A stretch of DNA of 64,000 bases from Candidatus Beckwithbacteria bacterium GW2011_GWC1_49_16 (GTDB lineage Bacteria; Patescibacteriota; Microgenomatia; UBA1400; CG1-02-47-37), in the NCBI GenBank assembly GCA_001029675.1, contig CP011210.1:256193-320192 (forward strand), read 5' to 3'. Below, piece by piece: positions 43,701 through 53,574 of the stretch (position 1 is its first letter; every line of letters begins with the position of its first letter). The notes under the pieces were generated by a model that worked only from the letters and a program-made list of their open reading frames with translations, did not search any database and was not told the DNA's origin. The position numbers were made by a program, and so were the translations under genes.

Positions 43701-44438
43701 ATGACCAAAAAAACGACCAAAAAAACAGACTACAAAATCGACCTGAAGGAGTTACTCGATGCCGGGTGCCATTTTGGCCACCAGGCCAGGCGGTGGAACC
43801 CGAAGATGAAGCAGTACATTTATGTCAAGCGCGACGGGGTGCACATTTTTGATCTTGAAAAAACGGCTGCCCACCTCTCGGCGGCGATGGAAAAGGTGCG
43901 GGATTTGGTAGCCGAGGGCAAAGAGGTGGTGTTTGTCGGCACCAAAAGACAAGCCTCTTCGATCGTGGAAGAGGAAGCCAAAAAAGTGGGGGCGCCTTAT
44001 GTGGCCATCCGCTGGCTGGGAGGAACGGTGACTAATTGGGAGCAGATTAAAAAGGGAATCGACAAGTTGAATGAGTATGAAGAAAAAAAAGCCAAAGGCG
44101 AGTTTAAAAAATATACCAAAAAAGAAAATTTATTGATCGCCAGGGAGATGGAAAAGCTAGACCGGTTTTTAGGGGGGTTGAAGACTTTAACCCAGATTCC
44201 GGAGGCGATTTTTGTGGTGGATATCAAAAAAGAGGTGGCAGCGGTAAAGGAAGCCAAGATCCGCGGCCTGGAGTTGATCGCCATGGTCGACTCAAACGCT
44301 GACCCCGACGTGGTGACCGATGTGATTCCGGCCAACGACGACGCGGTCCGGTCGATCAAATTAGTGGTAGCCAAAATGGCCCAAGCTTACAGTGACGGCA
44401 AGGGCTTAAAAGGCAAAAAGCCCAAGGCAAAATCATGA
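43701..44438 (+). CDS. rpsB: 30S ribosomal protein S2
   Basis: LLDAGCHFGH, WNPKM, RWLGG and PANDDA motifs. Confidence 0.97.
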   Translation: MTKKTTKKTDYKIDLKELLDAGCHFGHQARRWNPKMKQYIYVKRDGVHIFDLEKTAAHLSAAMEKVRDLVAEGKEVVFVGTKRQASSIVEEEAKKVGAPYVAIRWLGGTVTNWEQIKKGIDKLNEYEEKKAKGEFKKYTKKENLLIAREMEKLDRFLGGLKTLTQIPEAIFVVDIKKEVAAVKEAKIRGLELIAMVDSNADPDVVTDVIPANDDAVRSIKLVVAKMAQAYSDGKGLKGKKPKAKS

Positions 44439-44890
44439 GTAAAATTTCTTTAAAAGACATCAAAAAACTAAGAGACGAGACCGGGGCGGGGTTGATGGAG
44501 GTGAGAGTAGCCCTTGAGGAGGCGGGAGGCAAGGCTAAAAAGGCTAAAGAGATTTTGAAAAAGCTGGGGGTCAAAAAAGCAGCCAAACGCGGCGACAAAG
44601 CCACCGATGAGGGTTTTATTTTCACCTACGTCCACCAGGGCAGGATCGGAGCCATGGTCAAGCTGCTTTGTGAGACTGACTTTGTGGCCAGATCGAGTCA
44701 GTTTCAAAAATTGGGAGCTGAACTGGCGCTGCAAATTGCCAGCATGGAGCCAAAAAACGTTGAGGCGCTTTTAAAGCAGGAGTATATCAGGGACAACAAA
44801 ACCAAGATTGCCGATTTAGTGGCCGCGGCCGCGGCCAAACTCAAAGAGAACATTAAGGTGGACGATATCGCGAGATTAGCTTTAAAGTAA
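44435..44890 (+). CDS. tsf: Elongation factor Ts (short form)
   Basis: IKKLRDETGAG and CETDFVA motifs; follows rpsB. Confidence 0.95.
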   Translation: MSKISLKDIKKLRDETGAGLMEVRVALEEAGGKAKKAKEILKKLGVKKAAKRGDKATDEGFIFTYVHQGRIGAMVKLLCETDFVARSSQFQKLGAELALQIASMEPKNVEALLKQEYIRDNKTKIADLVAAAAAKLKENIKVDDIARLALK

Positions 44891-44893
44891 TAC

Positions 44894-44933
44894 TTGACAA
44901 TATAGTAATACTTATTTATAGTAGTATTACTAT
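44894..44933 (+). promoter_or_regulatory. Promoter with inverted-repeat operator of the AbrB-PIN operon
   Basis: TTGACA-17-TATAGT; ATAGTAATAC (44902) / GTATTACTAT (44924) inverted repeat. Confidence 0.75.
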
Positions 44934-45174
44934 GACGATTCTTTCTACCGTAACCACCAAGGGCCAGGTGACTATTCCCCAAGAGTTTAGACAAATGCTG
45001 AACATTAAACCAGGCCAAAAAGTACAATTTTCCAAAGGCGGGTCAGGAGCAATTAAGCTTAAACCTGTACCTGATTTTGCGGATATGATGGGTTACTTTA
45101 AAACTAAAATTAAATACAATAAAAAGGCTGCTAGAGCAGCTTACGTTAAGGATTTAATTGCTGGTAAAATCTAA
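44932..45174 (+). CDS. AbrB/MazE-family antitoxin
   Basis: VTTKGQVTIPQEFRQMLNIKPG motif. Confidence 0.9.
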   Translation: MTILSTVTTKGQVTIPQEFRQMLNIKPGQKVQFSKGGSGAIKLKPVPDFADMMGYFKTKIKYNKKAARAAYVKDLIAGKI

Positions 45175-45557
45175 TGGTTATTGATACGGATATTATTATT
45201 CGATTTATAACCCAAGACGATAACCAAAAGGCGAAAAAATTTCAAGTTTGGCTGAAAAAAAACAAAAAAATTCTCCTGTCTGATGTTACGGTTGCCGAAA
45301 CCTATTGGGTGCTTAAGTCTTTTTACGGTTTTTCTCAAAAAAGAATAATTATCAGTCTTGAATCACTGGTGAGCTATAACAATATCGTATGTAATAAAGT
45401 TTTGCTGTTATCAACGATGGCGCAATTAAAAAGATATAAGATTAGTTTTGTTGATGCTTACGCGTCAGCATATAGTTTGCTGGAAAATGATGGGAAAATA
45501 CTTTCTTTTGACAAGGATTTTGACAAAATTAAAGGCATTAAAAGAATTGAACCTTAG
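45174..45557 (+). CDS. PIN-domain (VapC-type) toxin
   Basis: VIDTDIIIRF, VAETYWVL, SFVDAY and SFDKDF motifs. Confidence 0.9.
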   Translation: MVIDTDIIIRFITQDDNQKAKKFQVWLKKNKKILLSDVTVAETYWVLKSFYGFSQKRIIISLESLVSYNNIVCNKVLLLSTMAQLKRYKISFVDAYASAYSLLENDGKILSFDKDFDKIKGIKRIEP

Positions 45558-45580
45558 TGTGTTAGACTATAAGAAATAAT

Positions 45581-46141
45581 ATGGACGAGTCGATATTTGC
45601 CTCGGGTAAAGCCAAGATGGACCAGGTAGTCGAGCTGGTGAGTCAAGAATTGGATCAAGTCAGAACCGGCAGAGCCAAGCCGGCCTTGGTGGAACGGGTT
45701 AAAGTCGAAGCCTATGAGGGGACGACGATGGAGGTACGGGAAGTGGCGGCGATTGCCGCCCCCGACCCGCATTCGTTGATTATCAAGCCGTGGGATACCA
45801 ACGTTTTAAAGTCTTTGGAAAAAGCGCTTCTGAAAGCTGATTTAGGGGCAAGTCCGGTAGTCGAAGGAGAGCAGGTGAGGTTGACGATTCAGCCCTTAAG
45901 CCAGGAGCGCCGGGAAGAGTTGGTCAAACAGGTTGGTCAAAGAGTCGAGAGTGGTAAGGCGATGTTGAGACAGATAAGAAACGAGGTAAAGCATGAAATC
46001 GACGAACACGAAGACGACCCAGGGGTGTCGGAGGACGACGTTCACGCCATGTATGACCGGCTGCAAAGTTTAATTGACGATTACAACGGCAAGCTTGATT
46101 CTCTCGAGGAAGCCAAGGCCAAAGAATTGATGGAGCTGTAA
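45581..46141 (+). CDS. frr: Ribosome recycling factor
   Basis: VRTGRAKP, V.AY, I.PWD and LSQERREELVK motifs. Confidence 0.95.
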   Translation: MDESIFASGKAKMDQVVELVSQELDQVRTGRAKPALVERVKVEAYEGTTMEVREVAAIAAPDPHSLIIKPWDTNVLKSLEKALLKADLGASPVVEGEQVRLTIQPLSQERREELVKQVGQRVESGKAMLRQIRNEVKHEIDEHEDDPGVSEDDVHAMYDRLQSLIDDYNGKLDSLEEAKAKELMEL

Positions 46142-46155
46142 AGTAAATTAACCTA

Positions 46156-47235
46156 ATGCAAATCATTATATTCCTGATTATCTTGTCCGTCTTGGTTTTG
46201 ATCCATGAGCTGGGGCATTTTGTGGCAGCGAGAATTTTTGGCATTAAAGTGGAGGAATTTGGTTTGGGCTATCCGCCCAAGGTTTGGGGTAAAAAGGTCG
46301 GCGAGACTATCTATAGTATCAACTTTCTTCCCTTTGGTGGTTTTGTCCGGCTTCTGGGAGAAAACCCCACTTCGCTCGAAGAGTTACGCGGGGCAGGCGT
46401 TGATAGAAAGAGAACGTTTTTCAGCCAGAAAAAAAGAGTCAGGACGGCGGTTTTGACGGCCGGGGTGGCGATGAACTTTTTACTGGGAGTGATTCTGTTT
46501 AGCGCCATTTATACCAAAATCGGCATTCCCGAGGAAACCGATTATCTGACGGTGACCGGGGTGGCGGCCGGGTCGCCGGCAGAGGCGGCCGGAGTCAAAG
46601 CAGACGATAGGATTGTCGGGGTAACCGGCCTTAGCTTTGAAGACGGAGAAGTGGACCAGGCGTTTATCGACCATGTTAACGCTCACCGGGGAGAAGAAAT
46701 TATTTTACAGCTTAAGGATGGCCGGCAGGTGAGGCTAGTTCCTAGAACCGAAGAAGCCACTCCGGCAAACCAAGGGGCTTTGGGAGTGGTGATCACCAAC
46801 GTTGATTTGATCCAGTATCCGATGTGGCAAAGACCATTCAGGGGCGCGGTCGTGGGTTTGAAAGAAGCGCTTTCGTGGGGCAGGGAGATTTTGGCCTCTT
46901 TGGGGCTGATGGTGGCCCGACTGGCTCAAGGGGTGGTACCCAAGGATGTCGCCGGGCCGGTGGGGATTTACGAGATCAGTAAAAGCGTGTCCCAGGAAGG
47001 CATTTTGGCGGTGCTACAGTTTATGGCGGTGTTGTCGGTCAACCTGGCTATTCTCAATTTACTCCCCCTGCCGGCGCTTGACGGAGGCAGGCTGGCTTTT
47101 GTGGTGGTGGAGGCGGTCACCGGCAAACGGGTCAAGCCGGAAGTAGAGCAGTGGGTTCATCTTGTCGGTATGGTCTTACTCTTGGGCCTGATGGCCCTGG
47201 TGACCATTGCCGATATCAGGCGGCTGGCGGGGTAG
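46156..47235 (+). CDS. rseP: RIP metalloprotease RseP
   Basis: HELGH, PDZ domain (GSPAEAAGVKADD) and NLLPLPALDGG. Confidence 0.93.
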   Translation: MQIIIFLIILSVLVLIHELGHFVAARIFGIKVEEFGLGYPPKVWGKKVGETIYSINFLPFGGFVRLLGENPTSLEELRGAGVDRKRTFFSQKKRVRTAVLTAGVAMNFLLGVILFSAIYTKIGIPEETDYLTVTGVAAGSPAEAAGVKADDRIVGVTGLSFEDGEVDQAFIDHVNAHRGEEIILQLKDGRQVRLVPRTEEATPANQGALGVVITNVDLIQYPMWQRPFRGAVVGLKEALSWGREILASLGLMVARLAQGVVPKDVAGPVGIYEISKSVSQEGILAVLQFMAVLSVNLAILNLLPLPALDGGRLAFVVVEAVTGKRVKPEVEQWVHLVGMVLLLGLMALVTIADIRRLAG

Positions 47236-47274
47236 GTTTGACATTTTTACATACATTGTATATACTTTGTGTAT

Positions 47275-47577
47275 ATGAGTGACACAGCGGTAATCAACAT
47301 CAGAACCGATGCTCGGATAAAGGCTCAAGCCCAAAGAGTGGCCAAGGAAGCCGGTTTGACTTTGAGCGGCTTGATTAACTTTTTAATTAGAACAGTAGTA
47401 AAGACAAAAAAGTTGGAGTTTGACTTAAACGAGACGCCTAGCCCTTATTTGATTGAGTCACTTAAAGAGTCCGAAGAGGATATTAAAGCTGGTAGGGTTT
47501 CTCCGGCTTTTGACAATGTCAAGGACGCCATTGCCTGGTTAGAGGATAAAGACAGAAAGTATGTCAATCAGATTTAG
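47275..47577 (+). CDS. RelB/DinJ-family antitoxin
   Basis: INIRTDARIKAQA....GLTLS pattern; TTGACA-17-TATACT promoter at 47238-47266. Confidence 0.85.
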   Translation: MSDTAVINIRTDARIKAQAQRVAKEAGLTLSGLINFLIRTVVKTKKLEFDLNETPSPYLIESLKESEEDIKAGRVSPAFDNVKDAIAWLEDKDRKYVNQI

Positions 47578-47824
47578 CCGGAAGTTTAAAAAACAACATG
47601 GCAAGGCACCGCTAAAAATCAGAAAAGCATTCTACCAAAGGTTGACACTTTTTGAAAAAGACAAATTTTCTCCGCTTTTAAACAATCACGCTTTAAGCGG
47701 ACAGTGGCGAGGTTATAGGAGTATCAACATATCAGGAGATTGGCGGGCGGTGTTTATTGAGAGTACCAGAAGCAATTTGGTTATTTTTGTGGCTTTGGGC
47801 ACTCACAGCCAGTTATACGGCTGA
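47561..47824 (+). CDS. RelE/YafQ-family mRNA interferase toxin
   Basis: FSRKFKKQ, NHALSGQWRGYRSINISGDWR and LGTHSQLY motifs. Confidence 0.9.
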   Translation: MSIRFSRKFKKQHGKAPLKIRKAFYQRLTLFEKDKFSPLLNNHALSGQWRGYRSINISGDWRAVFIESTRSNLVIFVALGTHSQLYG

Positions 47825-47897
47825 TTAATTTATAACTCATTTAGTCTTCATTGATTAGGTATTGACAAAGTAGTTAGTTTGTGCTTAACTTAAGTCA

Positions 47898-48083
47898 ATG
47901 AAAAAGCTGCAGTTATCGCTCACCCGCCAGGAAGCCCAGTTACTCGAACTCAAAGGCGCCGAACTTGGCTACGACCTGACCAAGTACGTTAAGTTCATTT
48001 TGGCGCGCGAGGCGGCCAGCGTGATGGAAGCCGCTCACCCCAGCCAGCCCCAAAAATTTGATCAGGATGATAAAATAGAGTGA
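47898..48083 (+). CDS. Small RHH-like protein (possibly orphan antitoxin)
   Basis: LQLSLT..EA..L......GYDLTKYVKFIL pattern; own TTGACA promoter at 47862. Confidence 0.5.
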   Translation: MKKLQLSLTRQEAQLLELKGAELGYDLTKYVKFILAREAASVMEAAHPSQPQKFDQDDKIE

Positions 48084-48086
48084 TAT

Positions 48087-50486
48087 ATGACTATAGCTAC
48101 AGGTGAATTAGCTTTACCTTTGCCGCGCGCCAAACAAGGCGTGCCAGAAGTTAGGTCGATAGACTCTTCGGAATTACCGCCGTTGACAGTGGGGGAGATG
48201 TTGACTGATTTGACCCACGACGCCCAAGACTTATATCAGGCAGTAATGGGGGAAGCAGTGAGCAGATATAGTAGGGAGCCGGCCCTGCTTTTGGCTGATT
48301 TAAAAGAGGTGGGTCGGTTTGGCTTGGAGTTTATTAAGCAGCTACCCCAGGACGCCAGAGTTTTTGGTGAGATGATTGCCGGTTTGAAAGAAGCGGATTT
48401 TTCGTGGCGGAACCCAGACGGCGGCTGGAACAGGACAGGAATTTGGAACACGATAAAACTAGCTTTCACCGGTGTGGTAATTGGAGGTTTAGTGTCCGCC
48501 TGTGCTCAAGATCCTGAACGAGTCACTCCAACCCAAGACGGTGATGACGACTGGCTGGGGAGCGAGTGTGCTGGTTTGATAGGAGCGATTCACGGGTTAA
48601 ATCCCGACCAGGTAGATTTTGCTTTTGTTGACGCTAACTCTTTAGACTCCGGTGAGCTGGGCGCGCTTCAGGCTGACTTCCAGGCGGATATTCCCGGCGC
48701 CTTAGTCAGGGGTTTGGTTGGCGGTGCGGGAGATTTTCCGGTTTTGGGGCTGGCAGAGCCTGATAGTACCGGCCGGCTGCAGTCTGTTTGGGCAGTGCCG
48801 GTTTGCGAAGCGGGCGACTCTGTCGGCCTTGGGTTTATTTGGCCGGATTTAAGCCAGGTTGGCCCGGATATGATTACCAGAAGCAATGGTAGTCTGACGA
48901 TTCCTTTGCACCAGCTTGTTTTTAATCCGGAATCAGAGGATTTTGAGCCGGTCGAAGCAGCAACGCCTATGGTGGTAAGGGTTAATGAGGCTGGAGAGTT
49001 TACTTATGAGCTGGAAGGTCCGGATGGCGGAAAGGTGGTTCTGGTCGAAGAAAATTTGACCGATGCATTGGCTGCTGCTTTTTTGGTCGACCAGGTGCAC
49101 GACATTGTTGACGCAGAAAACGAGCTGGCAGGGACGCCGGCGTTTGTGGGTTTTAACCCGGAAATCGTGGCCTTAACCGGTTTGCCGGTAGAGGTTAACG
49201 GTCAAGAATATTGGGCTAACTCGTTTGAGTTGCAAGACGCCCTAAACGACCAAGGTTTGTCGCCGGCGGTGGTTACCGTCAACAACGGCGACGGCAGCAG
49301 TTTTAATGCTTTGAGCATTACTAAAAACGGCGAAGCCTTCGTCAGCTACGCCGATCAACTATATGACCCTTATGACGTCAATGGGCCGGAAGACAAGTTT
49401 ATCGGCATTAATGACGCTGGCATGGCCGAGTATGGTGATGAACTGGACCAGGCAATAATCACCTTGCCTAGCGAAGGCTTGGGTGACAACGTGGGCATAG
49501 CGGCCATGATCGTTACCGATCCGGATAAACTACCGGATCACTTAGGCGAGTTTAAGACAGGGACGGTAATAATTGCCACTGTAGACAAGAATACTAACGA
49601 GGTAATCTCGGCGGTCAGGGCCATTTGGGAGAAGGACGACAAGATCGATATCACCACCGCCGAAGGCAAGATAATTTTGACAGTTGACGAAGGCGACGGC
49701 CAAGTTAGCCGCCACGAGCTGACCACAGTGCTTGAATCTTCGGTGTCGCTACCGACGACTTTGCCCGAGGAGTTGCAAGTGCTAGTCGAGGAAAAAGGGT
49801 TAACTTATGACGATGAGACCAACACTTACGTTAATAGCTATGACGAGAAGAGGCTTTACCAAAACGAGGCCGGCGACTGGGTAGATTTTTACCAAGAGTT
49901 GATTGACAACGCGCCCACCAAGAATTTTTGGGAGAATCGAGAGACTGGAGATGGTGGTATTATCAATCGAGATGCTTGGCCGGTGTTTACCGGAGAAACA
50001 AGAACCATGGAAATGGAGCTCATTTCTGGTACTCAAGTAACTTTGGATGTTTTAGTGGCATTAATTGCAGACCCGACCAACCCAGAAATTATACGAACTG
50101 CCCTCATTCTTGAAAAAATGACCGACTCGAACGGCACAGAGCTTGCTAGCATCTCTCCCGCAGCCTCAGGTGGATACAGACCGATTTTTGAGCCAGGGAC
50201 AGAAAAAGTGCGCCTTAATAGTCTTGATGGTGATGGTGGTTTTTTAAGTGATTTTTCTGGCATGATAGCCGGTGACCAGTTAGGCATCAGTTATTGGTTC
50301 CATTTCCCTTCAATTCTTCCCAGTTGGGGCGTTAAACCAAACAGGGTCGGTTGGTTTTATGACTTAGATCAGACGACTGGCTCGACTAGGGTGCTTGAGG
50401 CGATGTTTTCTGGCCAAGCCTACGACTGGCCCGAAGACGGTTTGATTATCTCCGCGCACACCAACTGGGTATATGTCTTAAGATAG
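48087..50486 (+). CDS. Large acidic hypothetical protein with internal lipobox-like motif
   Basis: 799-aa ORF; hydrophobic stretch ending LVSAC about 138 aa in; very Asp/Glu-rich afterwards. Confidence 0.7.
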   Translation: MTIATGELALPLPRAKQGVPEVRSIDSSELPPLTVGEMLTDLTHDAQDLYQAVMGEAVSRYSREPALLLADLKEVGRFGLEFIKQLPQDARVFGEMIAGLKEADFSWRNPDGGWNRTGIWNTIKLAFTGVVIGGLVSACAQDPERVTPTQDGDDDWLGSECAGLIGAIHGLNPDQVDFAFVDANSLDSGELGALQADFQADIPGALVRGLVGGAGDFPVLGLAEPDSTGRLQSVWAVPVCEAGDSVGLGFIWPDLSQVGPDMITRSNGSLTIPLHQLVFNPESEDFEPVEAATPMVVRVNEAGEFTYELEGPDGGKVVLVEENLTDALAAAFLVDQVHDIVDAENELAGTPAFVGFNPEIVALTGLPVEVNGQEYWANSFELQDALNDQGLSPAVVTVNNGDGSSFNALSITKNGEAFVSYADQLYDPYDVNGPEDKFIGINDAGMAEYGDELDQAIITLPSEGLGDNVGIAAMIVTDPDKLPDHLGEFKTGTVIIATVDKNTNEVISAVRAIWEKDDKIDITTAEGKIILTVDEGDGQVSRHELTTVLESSVSLPTTLPEELQVLVEEKGLTYDDETNTYVNSYDEKRLYQNEAGDWVDFYQELIDNAPTKNFWENRETGDGGIINRDAWPVFTGETRTMEMELISGTQVTLDVLVALIADPTNPEIIRTALILEKMTDSNGTELASISPAASGGYRPIFEPGTEKVRLNSLDGDGGFLSDFSGMIAGDQLGISYWFHFPSILPSWGVKPNRVGWFYDLDQTTGSTRVLEAMFSGQAYDWPEDGLIISAHTNWVYVLR

Positions 50487-50536
50487 GCTGTCAAACCGGT
50501 TGACTTTTAACCAGAGCTTCATGCTACCATTAGGTT

Positions 50537-51115
50537 ATGGATAACAGGAAGTTGATTTTGGTTAGCTACATTGTCCTGATTAGTCTGTTTCTTGGTTTTC
50601 TGGGTTACTACTGGTTTGTTAAATACTATGTTTTTCCCAAGCGATCAGATTTAACTCCTTTCCCGGTACTGTCTTCCAAATATGCGACCGTAGGGGTAAG
50701 CGACGAATGGCGCTTTGAGTATATTCAGCCTTTCTTAAAAAACTTTTTCTCTCAAGACGGAGTTAATTATCTTGAAGTTTTCTATTATGACACCGATAAC
50801 AAGAGGCATAATATTAAGCTATTTATTTCCGGTGGGTTTAAGAGTGAAGCTGTAGATGGTATAGGCTACGGTGACGGAACCGATTCGGGCTTGATTGATT
50901 TTGCTGAACTTAAAACTAAAATCAAGCCCGGCCAGCAGGTGGGGATAGAGTATTTAGCCAAGCCCTTTCCCAAATTTTTTAGAACGGAGCAGGTTTGTGC
51001 TAAGTTGGGACATTTATGCCTTTTGGCGGACATTATGGAAGAAAAGTCGCAGGAGGCAGAAGGGGCTACTTTTTTGGTGGCCACGGCTATTTACACCGAC
51101 TTATATGAAGAGTAA
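50537..51115 (+). CDS. Membrane-anchored hypothetical protein
   Basis: N-terminal TM; TGCTACCAT -10 6 nt upstream. Confidence 0.7.
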   Translation: MDNRKLILVSYIVLISLFLGFLGYYWFVKYYVFPKRSDLTPFPVLSSKYATVGVSDEWRFEYIQPFLKNFFSQDGVNYLEVFYYDTDNKRHNIKLFISGGFKSEAVDGIGYGDGTDSGLIDFAELKTKIKPGQQVGIEYLAKPFPKFFRTEQVCAKLGHLCLLADIMEEKSQEAEGATFLVATAIYTDLYEE

Positions 51116-52856
51116 GTTGTTTTTGGTCGTCTTAGGGGCCATCTTTGGTTTGAGTTTACTGGTGGCAAAAGACAGGGTTTTGGCTGACGAACTTTGCCCC
51201 GGAGGCACTTGTTTGGGGGAGTCGGTATTGGACGTGTATGACTATTGTAAGGCACACCAGTCAGAAAACTGGTGTGTGCAATACTATGCCAGAGATACAG
51301 TTACTTGCGGTGCCTTAACTTGTAGGTATTCCAAGTTTAGCCTAGGCCCAAACGTTAAGTGTATTTCGGAGGATATCAGTATTAACCCTGAGTGTGATGG
51401 GACGACTTTTGAGATGCAGGCAGGTAGTTGTTGTAGTAATGATCCTGGTGGGGGTAGTGGTGGTAGTTGCCCGGCGGCGGCGGGGGTGCCGGGGAGCTTG
51501 ACCATTAGCCCCTCAAACGGCTCGACGACAGAGCCGGACGGGGACGGCAACATTACCGTGTCGTGGAGCTCTGACTCCAATGGCAAGGCTGACGTGTGGA
51601 ATTATGAGATTTACCCTGCCGGCACCAGTTGTTCTAACCCTTTGGCCTATTGCAGTCAGTTGGTGGGCCGGGACAACCGGTCTAAAACCTTTACTTCTGC
51701 CGCCGACACTTACTTTGCCCGGGTTCAGGGAGTCAACGTTTCCTGCAGTATTCAGCCCGGGCCGTGGTCATCAACCACCTTTTTTGTCGGCGAGCCTTTA
51801 GGAGATATATCCGGCACGGTCTATTTACTGGGTGACGGGAGTACCGCTAGCCAGGTGGGATTTTGCCAGCTTGATCCTGGTAGTAGCGCTAGTCCATTAA
51901 ATTTAGGTACCAATGTAACGGTTAGCAACCCGGGAAACTACACCGGAACGGTGGGCGGGGGCGGCAACTACACGGTGGCAGATGTTCCTGCCGGGGGAGC
52001 GTACACGGTGACTTTGGATCCTTCTACCTACACTTGCGCCTGTCCCTCGGGGACCTGCCAGTATGGGGGAGTCAGTTCTCCCCAAGCAGGAGTGGATTTT
52101 TATCTGACAGATTTAGCCGATGCCTGGTGGCAGGCAGAAGGGGGTAATCTTCATGCCGACGGCGGCAGTGTCTCGTCTAACATTCCGGCAAGCTGCGCCG
52201 GGCTGTGTTCGCCTTATCTTGTTACCGAGGATGCGTCCGGCACTACCGGTCTGGTGAGTTACACCGGGTCTTTGGTTACCGGCAGCGGCGACATTAGTCA
52301 GGACGGCAACGACTGGAATGCCAAGACCCAATACAAGGGGCTGGAAACCAAATATGCCTATTTTGCCCGGATTTTGGAGGACGACCCGGAAGAGGCAAGT
52401 GTTTGGGACGGGAGCGAGCCGGGAGCCTCCGGGGTCTATGCCGCCAGCGGGTCGACGGCTACCTTTGGTGGTGATTGGAGTATCGGCTCGGGTACGGCGG
52501 CGGTGATCCTGGTTGACGGCGACGTCACCATAGCCCAAAACATCAACGTTGACGAGGGCGGCTTTTTGGCCATCATTGCTTCGGGGAATATTTCGGTTAA
52601 CTCGGCGGTCACTAACGTCGAGGGGGTGTATATTGCGGACGGAGTAATTGCCACTGGGACAACGGGGACAGGTGACGAGCAGCTTATCGCCGAAGGCATT
52701 TTCACCGGTTGGGGCGGGTTTAATTTGGAGCGGGATCTTGACAGCGGCAACAACAACGAGGCGGCCGAGTACTTTATCTACCGGCCGGATTTACAGGTCA
52801 ACGCTTACCAGTACCTGACCCGTTCCAAGTACCGCTGGGAAGAAGTGGCGCCGTAG
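51105..52856 (+). CDS. Secreted Cys/Gly/Thr-rich surface protein (FN3-like and carboxypeptidase-regulatory-like modules)
   Basis: Signal peptide from the ATG at 51105 (MKSKLFLVVLGAIFGLSLLVAKDRVLA), Cys-rich N-domain, GDISGTVY..GNYTVADVPAGGAYTVT, beta-rich C-terminus. Confidence 0.75.
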   Translation: MKSKLFLVVLGAIFGLSLLVAKDRVLADELCPGGTCLGESVLDVYDYCKAHQSENWCVQYYARDTVTCGALTCRYSKFSLGPNVKCISEDISINPECDGTTFEMQAGSCCSNDPGGGSGGSCPAAAGVPGSLTISPSNGSTTEPDGDGNITVSWSSDSNGKADVWNYEIYPAGTSCSNPLAYCSQLVGRDNRSKTFTSAADTYFARVQGVNVSCSIQPGPWSSTTFFVGEPLGDISGTVYLLGDGSTASQVGFCQLDPGSSASPLNLGTNVTVSNPGNYTGTVGGGGNYTVADVPAGGAYTVTLDPSTYTCACPSGTCQYGGVSSPQAGVDFYLTDLADAWWQAEGGNLHADGGSVSSNIPASCAGLCSPYLVTEDASGTTGLVSYTGSLVTGSGDISQDGNDWNAKTQYKGLETKYAYFARILEDDPEEASVWDGSEPGASGVYAASGSTATFGGDWSIGSGTAAVILVDGDVTIAQNINVDEGGFLAIIASGNISVNSAVTNVEGVYIADGVIATGTTGTGDEQLIAEGIFTGWGGFNLERDLDSGNNNEAAEYFIYRPDLQVNAYQYLTRSKYRWEEVAP

Positions 52857-52903
52857 GATTACTTCTTGACAAATCTTTACATTTAGTATATTCTTTACTT
52901 ATT

Positions 52904-53161
52904 ATGAATGTAAATTATTCTATTACTTTACCGGTAAGCGCTAAGGGGCAGGTGACTATCCCTGTTAGCATTAGACGCCTACTTAAGCTTGATAAAACTC
53001 AAAGGGTAACAGCGGAAGTAATTTCTAAAGATAAAGTGATCTTAAAACCGATTAAATTTACCCTTGAAGATGTTTACGGCTCAGTTAAGCCGATTGCCAG
53101 GAATTTTAAAGAAATGAGGCAAATTGTCCGACAGGAGAGAGCGTTGCGGACAAGCGGCTAA
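52904..53161 (+). CDS. AbrB/MazE-family antitoxin
   Basis: VSAKGQVTIPVSIRRLL motif; TTGACA-17-TATTCT promoter at 52866-52894. Confidence 0.88.
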   Translation: MNVNYSITLPVSAKGQVTIPVSIRRLLKLDKTQRVTAEVISKDKVILKPIKFTLEDVYGSVKPIARNFKEMRQIVRQERALRTSG

Positions 53162-53574
53162 TGAAACCCACTTTTGTTGACACCAACATTTTTATTCGCT
53201 TTATTACTAAAGATGACTCTAAAAAAGCGGCTAAGTGCTGGTTATTGTTTAAAAAGGCCAGAGAGAAAAAAGTCATTTTAACTACCTCCGAGGCTATTCT
53301 GGCAGAAACGGTTTATATTTTGACATCTAAGGCGCTGTATGGGCTTTCGAGAGAAGAGGTTAGGGATAAACTCCAGCCTTTAATCGGGCTTAAAGGGCTA
53401 AAGCTTAACTTTAGAGTTGAAATATTAATGGCTTTGGATATTTTTGTAGAATACAAAATTGATTTTGAAGACGCTTTAACCGTGGCGCGAATGAAGAGCG
53501 AGCAGATAAAAAACATTTATTCTTATGATCAAGATTTTGACAAGGTGGATTGGATCGGCAGACAAGAACCGTAA
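53161..53574 (+). CDS. PIN-domain (VapC-type) toxin
   Basis: FVDTNIFIRF, LAETVYIL, DFEDAL and YSYDQDFD motifs. Confidence 0.9.
   Translation: MKPTFVDTNIFIRFITKDDSKKAAKCWLLFKKAREKKVILTTSEAILAETVYILTSKALYGLSREEVRDKLQPLIGLKGLKLNFRVEILMALDIFVEYKIDFEDALTVARMKSEQIKNIYSYDQDFDKVDWIGRQEP

Noticed and set aside
50997-51104. Longer N-terminus of the secreted protein
   Set aside because: It overlaps the upstream gene; a clean signal peptide begins at the ATG at 51105.
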